IMG/VR virus record: IMGVR_UViG_3300033121_001301
Location: 1-64,000 of that record
Length of the DNA stretch: 64,000 nt
Strand: one strand, 5' to 3'
Source: a virus
Lineage: Duplodnaviria; Caudoviricetes
A program made the position numbers and the translations under genes. The notes below the pieces were generated by a model. That model ran no database searches. It saw only the letters and a program-made list of their open reading frames with translations, and was not told the origin of the DNA. Shown piece by piece: positions 16,612-24,022 of this stretch; the first letter of the stretch is position 1, and each line of letters starts with the position of its first letter.

Positions 16612-16950
16612 TTAGGCAGAAGCCAGAGCTTCTTCCTCGGTTGGTTGCTTATTTGTCTCTCGCATGTACCAGGGTAGGTACTTCTGCTCAGTCTTCCTGA
16701 TGTGGTGTTTCCACCCATCTGGGAGCTTTTCAACAGAGAAGAAACCAATGCCGCCATTGGTTCCTTCAGGAGATATTGCGTGTTCGCAGTCGTCGCAGAG
16801 CAATGCTCCGCAAACGAACTGCCCGGTTTCTTCACATTCATGTGTAGCTGGTGCTCCACATGATTGACACTTTTTGTCTTTATGGCTTTCGCAGGGCTCT
16901 TCGTGCTGGCACTTTGAAGAGCTCCAAGCCAACTTGATTCCACAGAGCAT
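16612..16950 (-). CDS. Cys-rich putative zinc-binding protein
   Basis: CQSC..ATHEC...VCGALLCDDCEH. The likely ATG at 16950 overlaps the upstream TAA. Confidence 0.65.
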   Translation of the reverse strand: MLCGIKLAWSSSKCQHEEPCESHKDKKCQSCGAPATHECEETGQFVCGALLCDDCEHAISPEGTNGGIGFFSVEKLPDGWKHHIRKTEQKYLPWYMRETNKQPTEEEALASA

Positions 16951-17267
16951 TATCTTGTCTCCGCTGACTGCAGATGCCACAGTCCATCTGGTAGGCCGAG
17001 GAAAGTTAACTCGGTGTTCCCTAACTGACCAACAGCTACCTTGCAGACTCCAAAGCTCCGGATCTTCCATTTGGCTGTTGCGAACCCTAACTTTACAGTC
17101 AGAGCTTTTGTGGTGCTGACTTCAATCCCATCCTTGATTGCAAAAGTTTCAAGAGTTGGACGCTCAGTCGGCAAGTTGTTATTGATCGCTATCAAAGCGA
17201 TGACGACAAAGATAAAGAATGCTGCAATCAGGCCATTACGAAACGTAAGTAGTGGTTGCTCATTCAT
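16950..17267 (-). CDS. Membrane-anchored hypothetical protein
   Basis: RBS GAGGAG then ATG at 17267. Hydrophobic GLIAAFFIFVVIALIAI. Confidence 0.6.
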   Translation of the reverse strand: MNEQPLLTFRNGLIAAFFIFVVIALIAINNNLPTERPTLETFAIKDGIEVSTTKALTVKLGFATAKWKIRSFGVCKVAVGQLGNTELTFLGLPDGLWHLQSAETR

Positions 17268-17408
17268 GATGATCTCCTCAAGTAAGGTGAAAACACTCCA
17301 AGCGTGAAACGGGCGAATCACGCTTGGAGCGAAGAGGAGAGTGACGACGTAGCCACTCTCCCCTTTTGTTGTTACCAGCCGACCCCCGACTGGTTGTATT
17401 GGCGGCAA

Positions 17409-17615
17409 TCATGCCAGATGAATAACAGGTGTCTCGACTCTAACGAGAGCCCTAAAGAATTCAGTAACTTGCTCGTCGAGAGATGGATACTCCTCTCGTA
17501 CCAGCTGCAGCACTATTGGTCTGTCAGATGGAATGACTCCACCCAACTCTTCCATTACTTCTAGTACTCGATTCAAAACCAAACTGTGCTCTCTCTCAAT
17601 CGCTGTGATGTTCAT
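17409..17615 (-). CDS. Small hypothetical protein
   Basis: Strong RBS GAGGAGGT then ATG at 17615. Confidence 0.6.
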   Translation of the reverse strand: MNITAIEREHSLVLNRVLEVMEELGGVIPSDRPIVLQLVREEYPSLDEQVTEFFRALVRVETPVIHLA

Positions 17616-17662
17616 ACCTACCTCCTCGCATAAGTGAAAAGAAACCAACACTTAGCTGCCTG

Positions 17663-17947
17663 CTACTTGAAGCAGCTGTTCTTGTACTCTCCCAACAACT
17701 CCACATGAAGCTTTTGAATCTGCTTGTCAGCAAACTCAACTTCACGCTTGTAGTCATTGGCATGCTGAGTCAGCTGCTGGCAGCGGAACTCGATGTTTTT
17801 AACAGTGTCTTCCAACTGGGCGTTCTTCTCGATAAGTCCGCTGATGATCGCCATGGCAAACACCAGCATACAACCGAAGATTAGACCCAGCAGGTTCTGC
17901 ACGACCCAAGCGCCGAGACTATCGGCTTTCTTAACGAACTGATTCAT
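17663..17947 (-). CDS. Membrane protein with C-terminal coiled coil
   Basis: RBS AGGAG. A TM segment (LLGLIFGCMLVFAMAIISGLI) is followed by a heptad-like region. Confidence 0.7.
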   Translation of the reverse strand: MNQFVKKADSLGAWVVQNLLGLIFGCMLVFAMAIISGLIEKNAQLEDTVKNIEFRCQQLTQHANDYKREVEFADKQIQKLHVELLGEYKNSCFK

Positions 17948-17965
17948 GTGAAACTCCTGTTGAAA

Positions 17966-18220
17966 TTAACGTAACCCGGCTTGTGCTAGAGCGATATCCG
18001 TGTAGCGCAGACCAACATGCGCAAGCCTTCCATAAACTTCTCGCTTTTGCGACAAGTCATAAATAACACGTTTCACCAGGTCAATTGACCGGATTTCAGT
18101 TGGAATCTCTCCACATCTGAATTGCTGAGCTTCGACCCCAGCTGCTTCAAATATGATTTGATCACCCTCCTGGGTAACCTTGACTCCTACTACCACCTTC
18201 TGCTGCAAAATAGCAAGCAT
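17966..18220 (-). CDS. Hypothetical protein
   Basis: 84 aa, GGGAG upstream. Confidence 0.65.
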   Translation of the reverse strand: MLAILQQKVVVGVKVTQEGDQIIFEAAGVEAQQFRCGEIPTEIRSIDLVKRVIYDLSQKREVYGRLAHVGLRYTDIALAQAGLR

Positions 18221-18239
18221 CAGACTTCTCCCAGAAAGG

Positions 18240-18640
18240 ATTGATAAGTGCGAACCAGTTTAACGTCCTGGCAGACGGCTGCAATTTTCATCAGCATCCC
18301 ATTTACCGCAGTGGGTTTCTGCTTCTAAAGAGACTTGGTTTACGATCCAGCGAGCCACCTTAGACTGGCTTGCTGGCGATCGTCCAGGATAACCCCTGGC
18401 GGTCCGCTAGTTTAACGTCTGTTCAGACGGTCAGATCCTCGACCCACAGTATCTGGCTACCAGAACTCAGGGCTGTTGCCCCAAACTAGTACGGTGATTG
18501 GACCACTATTCTCAGTGGAACTACACCAGACTTCCCTCCAACTTGGAGAAGCCTACACCAGATACTGCTTCGGCTTGCACCTGCTGCAAGCTGCATCCTG
18601 TTTGATCAGAGACAAACAGGCAAAGCCTCAAAAAGCGTGT
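18240..18640 (-). ncRNA. Candidate structured non-coding RNA
   Basis: About 400 nt with no convincing CDS, more than ten hairpins and long-range complementarities (CTAGTTT/AAACTAG, CAGTATCTGG/CCAGATACTG). Strand is inferred from neighbouring genes. Confidence 0.55.
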
Positions 18641-18678
18641 TTAACGTCACGCCTGACGAAGCAAGTGAACACAAAAAC

Positions 18679-18876
18679 TCAAACACTGGCCCAACCGGCC
18701 AAGCTGGGAGACTCTTGTATAAGTCTCCCATTCGAAGCAGTTACTGCTTCGTTGTAACACTCCTCGCAGACAGCCTCATAATTGCCACCACCTGCTCCAT
18801 TGTTGGACAATGGGTTCCACCCGGTCTGGACCTCGGTGGTGGCTTCTTTACCGCAAGCACAAAGTACCTTTTCCAT
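18679..18876 (-). CDS. Small Cys-containing protein (65 aa)
   Basis: RBS AGGAGG then ATG at 18876 (MEKVLCACG...VCEECY). The ORF-track extension to 18987 crosses a repeat and is unlikely. Confidence 0.65.
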   Translation of the reverse strand: MEKVLCACGKEATTEVQTGWNPLSNNGAGGGNYEAVCEECYNEAVTASNGRLIQESPSLAGWASV

Positions 18877-19000
18877 CGCAGACCTCCTGTTGTGAAACTC
18901 CCTCACTCTGCATTTACTCCAGGCTTGTGACTGGCTACTCCACAACATCGTGGAATAGGCTGCATTAAGGTACGTGTTTAACGTCACGCCTGACAGCTGG

Positions 19001-19141
19001 TTAAAACACGCAGCGACCGGGGAGACTACTTACGTAAGCCCGGTAGTGTTGTAGCTGGTACCATTCCTGACAGTCGCCAGGAACGGAGGTGAGCCAGTAG
19101 TACCGCCCGTCTTTTCCCCGATGATAAACATGCGTAAACAT
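19001..19141 (-). CDS. Small aromatic-rich protein (46 aa; absent from ORF track)
   Basis: RBS AGGAG, ATG at 19141, TAA at 19001. Sequence MFTHVYHRGKDGRYYWLTSVPGDCQEWYQLQHYRAYVSSLPGRCVF. Confidence 0.55.
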   Translation of the reverse strand: MFTHVYHRGKDGRYYWLTSVPGDCQEWYQLQHYRAYVSSLPGRCVF

Positions 19142-19162
19142 ATCAATCTCCTGGTTAACTGC

Positions 19163-19196
19163 AAAACGAAACCACCACTGGAAAACCCAGTGGTGG
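19163..19196 (-). terminator. Intrinsic terminator (twin 1)
   Basis: CCACCACTGG-GTTTT-CCAGTGGTGG-TTTCGTTTT. Confidence 0.75.
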
Positions 19197-19263
19197 CTTA
19201 AGGGTTAATTCCCGACACTTGGACAACACTGAGTGACCAGCTCAGTAATTGGCCCTCCAGACT

Positions 19264-19297
19264 AAAAGAAAACACCACTGGAAAGCCCAGTGGTGTT
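19264..19297 (-). terminator. Intrinsic terminator (twin 2)
   Basis: AACACCACTGG-GCTTT-CCAGTGGTGTT-TTCTTTT, a near copy of twin 1. Confidence 0.75.
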
Positions 19298-19570
19298 AAA
19301 GATCCTGCTTAACGTCTACGGGAGACGTGCTGAGTTCTCATCAGCATCCCTATTTGATAAGAGGTAGGTTACCTCGCATAACAACTGACACTAACCTGAC
19401 GCAGTGAGAGAATAAATGGACTCTCCCACCCTTGCTGAAGTTACATCAGCACCCCATTTGAACTGGCGGGTTACCAGAGTTTGCCCGATATCCCTGGCAT
19501 AAGGGGAGAGAAGATAGAAACTCATAATACCTATCTCTCTCTATCTATTGTGCCACCGTGGAGCCCTGAA

Positions 19571-20104
19571 TTAAGCTACGCTTGAAAACTCTCCAAAATG
19601 GTGCTTTGAAGCTGCAACGTAAACTTTGGAAGCTTCATCAAGATCTGTGAAAAGACCCAAATGGATGTACTTTCCCCTCACTCTGATCTTTGCTTGCCAC
19701 TTGTTGGTTGGCTTATTCCAAGTAACACCCCTTCGACCACTGGTGTTATTCTTAGCTAGACGACTATTACTTCCATTTTGAGAGGGTGTAGCCAATCGAA
19801 GATTAGAAATTTTGTCATCAAGAGAGTTTCTATTCTTGTGGTCAAGAAGAATACCAGCAGGAGGAGAAGAGCCCTTGTTCAACAACCAAATCAAATGAGC
19901 TCGCTGATACAGTTTTCCATTGATTCCTATTATCCAACGATGATTTCCATTGGAACTGAGGTGAGAGCCAGCTTCTTTCAAAGCAAACCTGGTGTTCCAA
20001 GATCTACAATCCCTGTCACTCTTGAAGTCACTCTCTGGTCTCACATTCCAGAAAAGCTTACCATCGACTTCAGTAAACAAACGTCGTACATCAATTGCAG
20101 TCAT
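19571..20104 (-). CDS. HNH-AP2 homing endonuclease
   Basis: LDHKNRNSLDDKISNLRLATPSQN (HNH) plus SGRRGVTWNKPTNKWQAKIRVRGKYIHLGLF (AP2). RBS GAGGAG. Confidence 0.92.
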   Translation of the reverse strand: MTAIDVRRLFTEVDGKLFWNVRPESDFKSDRDCRSWNTRFALKEAGSHLSSNGNHRWIIGINGKLYQRAHLIWLLNKGSSPPAGILLDHKNRNSLDDKISNLRLATPSQNGSNSRLAKNNTSGRRGVTWNKPTNKWQAKIRVRGKYIHLGLFTDLDEASKVYVAASKHHFGEFSSVA

Positions 20105-20133
20105 TGCTCGGCTCCTCGAAAGCTGAGTAGTGT

Positions 20134-20173
20134 AGAGTGCAGGCGTTCAAGCGCCTGCACTCTTATCATATCA
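20134..20173 (-). promoter_or_regulatory. Perfect 12-bp hairpin preceded by an extended -10-like TGATATGAT
   Basis: AGAGTGCAGGCG/CGCCTGCACTCT at 20134-20163 with a 6-nt loop and no T tract. Intergenic, upstream of the HNH-AP2 gene. Confidence 0.45.
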
Positions 20174-20175
20174 CA

Positions 20176-20901
20176 CTAATCGACAATTAGCTTCTTAGCC
20201 CTGGCTTCTGCGTCTTTCTTAGCCTGAATGTTCTTCTCAACAGCGTGGAGATGATCTTTTTCCAGAGCTTTGGAAGCTGCGATGTACTTCCCCTCGCTGT
20301 GATGCAGGTAGCCAATCATATGTGTGCGGGTCTGAAAACCCCACAAAGAGATGTACTCCTCTGAGCCGTTGTACTCCTCAAATGGAGCACCAAAGGTCAG
20401 AGGCAGGTTCTGCCTGCGGTTCATCCACAGCAGAGAGCCTGCTTCAGAGCAGCCTACTCCGTCCATCCAGTGAAACAGGTCTCGACCACGATCCTTGGGT
20501 ACTCCGAACAGCATCTTCCCCATGTAGCTGAAAGAAGCATCAGGAGAGACATTGAACAGGGCAGTCTTAGCTAATGGAAAGACCACCACTGACTTCTTGG
20601 AAGCTCCATCACGCATGTAGAACTCGAGCAATGGATCTACAGGCAAGCCAGCATAAGAGAACCACAAGCAATGGTTGAACAAGTAATACTCTTTGGTGAT
20701 TGCCTTCAGATCTGCAAAAGAAGCTTCTCTCTGCAATGGAAAGATGGGCTTCAACTTGAAGTCAGAAGGAAGCTCAACAGGCTCTGTCATCCCAGGTGGA
20801 AGAGAAATGGGTATCTTCACCGTATCAAGTGGTGAAGGGCTGTTAAATGCCCCAATCTCCTCACTGGAGTCGAAGTGGCGTGATTTGATAACACTACTCA
20901 T
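20176..20901 (-). CDS. Hypothetical protein
   Basis: 241-aa ORF coupled to the upstream resolvase gene. Confidence 0.8.
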   Translation of the reverse strand: MSSVIKSRHFDSSEEIGAFNSPSPLDTVKIPISLPPGMTEPVELPSDFKLKPIFPLQREASFADLKAITKEYYLFNHCLWFSYAGLPVDPLLEFYMRDGASKKSVVVFPLAKTALFNVSPDASFSYMGKMLFGVPKDRGRDLFHWMDGVGCSEAGSLLWMNRRQNLPLTFGAPFEEYNGSEEYISLWGFQTRTHMIGYLHHSEGKYIAASKALEKDHLHAVEKNIQAKKDAEARAKKLIVD

Positions 20902-21607
20902 TGGGAGCCACCTCAGTTGAATCGATTACATCTACAGCTGGTGCGCTGATTGTTATCGCTTCAGGGGCCAGGTCACGAACGGAGATAACAGCATTCTTTA
21001 CGTTCTTGGACAAAGTACCAAGCAATGAACGGCGAGCCCACTCAGCAATGAGCAGTGACTCAGCAATGCCATCAAGGTTCTTTTTCTTGACGTTGATAAG
21101 AGCAAGAGGGAATAGTTGCTTGGCAGTCTCTACAGCCAGCATCTTCCGCATGGTGGATACTTGGCGCTTTGCCCTGCCATGCTCTCTGAGTTTCTTCTTG
21201 GACTTCTTACCCTGGGGCATCTTGGCATTGGAGACGGTCTTACTGATCATCTCCCGCTTCCAGGCTGGTGGGGTGACAAACGAGTAAGGGCACTGAGAGG
21301 CGACTACAATGCCCTCCCACATGCCGATGTTTCTACCAAAGGCAAAGGCAGACTTGGCACCATCTGTGAACATGGCTTCTACCTTCTCCAGGCAGATGTG
21401 CAATCGCTTGCCCTTGGACTCTGCAATCGCTTTGAACTCCATCAACACAGCATAAGCCTGTGCAATGTCGATCTGCGCTCGCAGCTTCCCACCCTTTACT
21501 ATCTGAGAGCAGGGAGTTGGCAAAGCTTTGATAGCAACTCCTGTCTCATCCAGAAGGGAAATGCCACCGAAAGAACCAGGATCGATACCAGCTACCAGAT
21601 AGTCCAT
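20894..21607 (-). CDS. ruvC: RuvC-like Holliday junction resolvase
   Basis: VAGIDPGSFGGI, CLEKV, AFAFGRNIG and DGIAESLLIA motifs. Carries a basic insertion. Confidence 0.88.
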   Translation of the reverse strand: MDYLVAGIDPGSFGGISLLDETGVAIKALPTPCSQIVKGGKLRAQIDIAQAYAVLMEFKAIAESKGKRLHICLEKVEAMFTDGAKSAFAFGRNIGMWEGIVVASQCPYSFVTPPAWKREMISKTVSNAKMPQGKKSKKKLREHGRAKRQVSTMRKMLAVETAKQLFPLALINVKKKNLDGIAESLLIAEWARRSLLGTLSKNVKNAVISVRDLAPEAITISAPAVDVIDSTEVAPNE

Positions 21608-22401
21608 TATTCGACCGCTCCACTAAAGAGCTTATAAAGCTCAAAGACCTTCCAGGAATCAGTAAGTGCCGTGTGAGGTGCTTCCCTGATGTAAGCTGGC
21701 AGCTTTTCAGTCAATTGAAACTGCTTGGTGCAGAACTCACCAAGGTTCCAGTATACACCCTTTGCCCTGATCTTGTTGAGTTCAAGAATCCAATCAAGAT
21801 GGTCAATGAACTTCGGTATCTTGGTAGGGTTCAATTGAGCTGCTTTGACAATCAGACCAGTGTCTACCAGCTTCTGATAGATAAATGGCCTGACACCCAG
21901 CTTGGAACAGTTGTGATGCATCATGTTGGCATCAAAGCTGAACAAGTTGTGACCACACGCAAACATCATGTGTGTAGCATTGTATTGCTCAAAGAACTGC
22001 ACCGTCAGATTGGACAAGGCCGTGAGCGACTCAGCTGGATGCCTTCCCAGAGATCGCAGCTCTACTGGATCAGGCCGCTTGACATCAGGATGCTTTTCCT
22101 TCATCGCCTCATTGGTCTTACGGAATCGATCAATGTAGGTCTGGGCTTCAACTACATTAGGGCAGTCAAGCCAGTTCAAATACGAGTGGAATACATGTTC
22201 CACTTTCAACTTCATGTTGGTTTGAACCACAAACAGTGCAGCTATCTCGTAGGCATAATCGCTCGTACAAGAAAGCCCCGTCGTTTCGCAATCAAAAATG
22301 ATGAAGGCACAATCTCTCCCGAATGGGACGAGATTGTTCTTCATTTGAGCACATTTGAGAACGAAACTCGGGTCGACTACAGCGCTGGCTTCTGAGCCCA
22401 T
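21607..22401 (-). CDS. DEDDh 3'-5' exonuclease (DnaQ-like)
   Basis: IFDCETTG (ExoI), GHNLFSFD (ExoII), HTALTDS (ExoIII). Confidence 0.9.
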   Translation of the reverse strand: MGSEASAVVDPSFVLKCAQMKNNLVPFGRDCAFIIFDCETTGLSCTSDYAYEIAALFVVQTNMKLKVEHVFHSYLNWLDCPNVVEAQTYIDRFRKTNEAMKEKHPDVKRPDPVELRSLGRHPAESLTALSNLTVQFFEQYNATHMMFACGHNLFSFDANMMHHNCSKLGVRPFIYQKLVDTGLIVKAAQLNPTKIPKFIDHLDWILELNKIRAKGVYWNLGEFCTKQFQLTEKLPAYIREAPHTALTDSWKVFELYKLFSGAVE

Positions 22402-22901
22402 TTCTGCATATCCTTCAAAAGATTCGCTCGCTGCGAATCGGTCATGGATTCCATCATCTTCTTCATGCCTTCACCCATGTTGAGCAGGCTCTCTTTCGAG
22501 AACATGGGAACAACCAGTTCTGGGTGAGCTGAACGTCGCATGAAAGCATAGAACCTTCCCAACAGGTTCTGAGCAATCAGAGTAAACACAATCTGCAGCA
22601 CTGGCTCAGGTAGCCTGGTGAAGCCAGACTCTTCAATCGCATCCTGCAGAGAAAGACCCTCAGTCTTGTCAGCAGCAAAAATGACGAAATTAGCCAACGC
22701 TTCCGCTGCTGGCACCATGTCTTTCATCGTGATGTTGTGCTGCTTCACCAGATTGGCATAAGCGTGGTTCAACGGGAGTAATTCGTCCACCATGTTGAAG
22801 GTAGTTTCCCGTATTATTTGCGCTGTCTGAGAAACGAGGTCTCGGTTTGGGTTGTACCAATGGCTTGACCCCATTGGTCTTAATTCCACTGACATTAGCA
22901 A
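22377..22901 (-). CDS. Hypothetical helical protein
   Basis: 174 aa. GGAG precedes the ATG near 22895. Confidence 0.75.
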   Translation of the reverse strand: MLMSVELRPMGSSHWYNPNRDLVSQTAQIIRETTFNMVDELLPLNHAYANLVKQHNITMKDMVPAAEALANFVIFAADKTEGLSLQDAIEESGFTRLPEPVLQIVFTLIAQNLLGRFYAFMRRSAHPELVVPMFSKESLLNMGEGMKKMMESMTDSQRANLLKDMQKWAQKPAL

Positions 22902-23580
22902 GTCTCCTGTTTATGACATCTCGATTGTAACTCATGATAGAAGTCGAACAACCAAGATCAAAGTAAGTTAGCATCGAAGAGTTACTTGCCTGCAAAAGGC
23001 AGTACCACATCAACTCTCGGACATCCTCTGGCTTCAATAGCCTCGGGTGCTTCGGCTTCCTATCCGAGTTTTCGTTCCTTGGCTTCTTACCGAATCCCAT
23101 TTTCGGAGAAAGATAAACCAGGGACTGCTTGGAAAAAGTACGGGTGACCGTCTGACCAGCAAAAGGACCAATAAGGACTCTGGACTGAACCTGATAGCAC
23201 ATGTCTGAGATACGTTGAGAACCCTCAGCTGTGATAACAGGACCAATACTCATGACTTCAGAAAGAGCCCACACAGGTTCAACAGGTAGTCCCAGATAAG
23301 CTGGCGATCGTCCTAGTCTGATCGACCCACACTGGTCTGCCAGAAAGTACGCCATTCTCGTCAGTTCCGCATCGAACACCGAGTCAGTAGCGTGGTAGAA
23401 CAAGGGATTGAGTGTAGTTGAAAGTGCAAACAACACTGATGACTTGCAATTACCTGGGGACTTACCGGTCAGCAGCTGTAATATCTCAGCGATCGCGATG
23501 GGTGCGTGGTCTTTACTCAAAGGCAGGTTAGGCTGCTTCTTGGCTTTCAACAATTCCGTCATCAAAGAAAGCAGAGTCAT
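22690..23580 (-). CDS. Hypothetical protein
   Basis: Likely start at the ATG at 23580 or later. The 3' end overlaps the next gene by about 200 nt. Confidence 0.65.
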   Translation of the reverse strand: MTLLSLMTELLKAKKQPNLPLSKDHAPIAIAEILQLLTGKSPGNCKSSVLFALSTTLNPLFYHATDSVFDAELTRMAYFLADQCGSIRLGRSPAYLGLPVEPVWALSEVMSIGPVITAEGSQRISDMCYQVQSRVLIGPFAGQTVTRTFSKQSLVYLSPKMGFGKKPRNENSDRKPKHPRLLKPEDVRELMWYCLLQASNSSMLTYFDLGCSTSIMSYNRDVINRRLANVSGIKTNGVKPLVQPKPRPRFSDSANNTGNYLQHGGRITPVEPRLCQSGEAAQHHDERHGASSGSVG

Positions 23581-24022
23581 CGCCAAAGACCGCTGGGCTT
23601 TGAGCTTCTTGAGATTCGTTTTCGGCAAAGGGGGTGGGGGGCTTCGTTTCAATTTCGCCCAATTCTTCATCGAATTCTCCAGTCAGTAAGGTGTGATCTA
23701 CGACAAAAGGCTCTTCCTCCTGATTGGCTTCAACAGCCTTCACAACATAGTCTCGAGCCACTGTAATGGGCTCAGTACCTGGAACCTTCAAACTCTCTTG
23801 AAGAATAGTCAGCAACTGAGAAACTGCATCAGCTCTGCGATTCAGCAGATTGAATACCTGTGACTTGTCAACCTTGTTAACGAACAGTGTGTTAACCCGG
23901 CTGTCTACGAAATGTGCTTGAACTTCCATCTCGTCTGAGCTCACAACTCGTATGAGCCCAGCTGAGGAAGCTTCTGTTTCGAATAAAAGCACTACTATCG
24001 GTTTATCACTTGGCGTTGGCAT
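23528..24022 (-). CDS. Hypothetical protein with acidic C-terminus
   Basis: 164-aa ORF collinear in the operon. Confidence 0.7.
   Translation of the reverse strand: MPTPSDKPIVVLLFETEASSAGLIRVVSSDEMEVQAHFVDSRVNTLFVNKVDKSQVFNLLNRRADAVSQLLTILQESLKVPGTEPITVARDYVVKAVEANQEEEPFVVDHTLLTGEFDEELGEIETKPPTPFAENESQEAQSPAVFGDDSAFFDDGIVESQEAA

Larger units (their letters stand above)
18259..19328 (-). repeat. Five dispersed copies of GTC-N4-7-GACGTTAA(A/G)C hairpin motif
   Basis: The + strand core (t)ttaacgtc lies at 18259, 18411, 18640, 18977 and 19309. Copies 18636-18657 and 18973-18994 are identical over 22 nt. Confidence 0.85.

Noticed and set aside
18440-18570. tRNA suggested by two TGGTGTAG motifs
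   Set aside because: No GTTCRA T-arm, acceptor stem or cloverleaf can be built.
18973-19008. Canonical integron attC site
   Set aside because: GTTRRRY is present, but the element spans only about 32 nt, lacks the L-box and spacer geometry, and no integron integrase is in the window. It is kept only as an analogy.
18259-19316. CRISPR array from the GACGTTAA repeats
   Set aside because: The conserved core is only about 9-22 nt, spacing is irregular (152, 229, 337, 332 nt), ORFs lie between copies and no cas genes are present.
18288-19344. Hammerhead ribozymes at CTGATGA (18288-18294, 19338-19344)
   Set aside because: No stem II followed by GAAA and no UH site are found. The CTGA is instead paired in a local hairpin.
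4895-19425. Shared 11-mer AATGGACTCTC at 4895 and 19415
   Set aside because: Only two copies occur, with different contexts, which is compatible with chance.
18340-19490. c-di-GMP-I riboswitch (GTCTAAG near 18360, GGGCAAAC near 19480)
   Set aside because: These are isolated sub-motifs far apart. The GNRA-capped P2 and GACGCAAAGC core are missing.
19571-20104. Group I intron around the HNH-AP2 gene
   Set aside because: The flanking genes are complete, no split exons are apparent, and no P/Q/R/S core motifs were recognised.
21673-22395. Long + strand ORFs antisense to real genes (also 14819-15346, 34264-34992, 36590-37291, and 51321-52124 on the - strand)
   Set aside because: They are shadows of well-supported genes, with no RBS, no recognisable motifs and odd composition. 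They are explained by codon bias on the coding strand.
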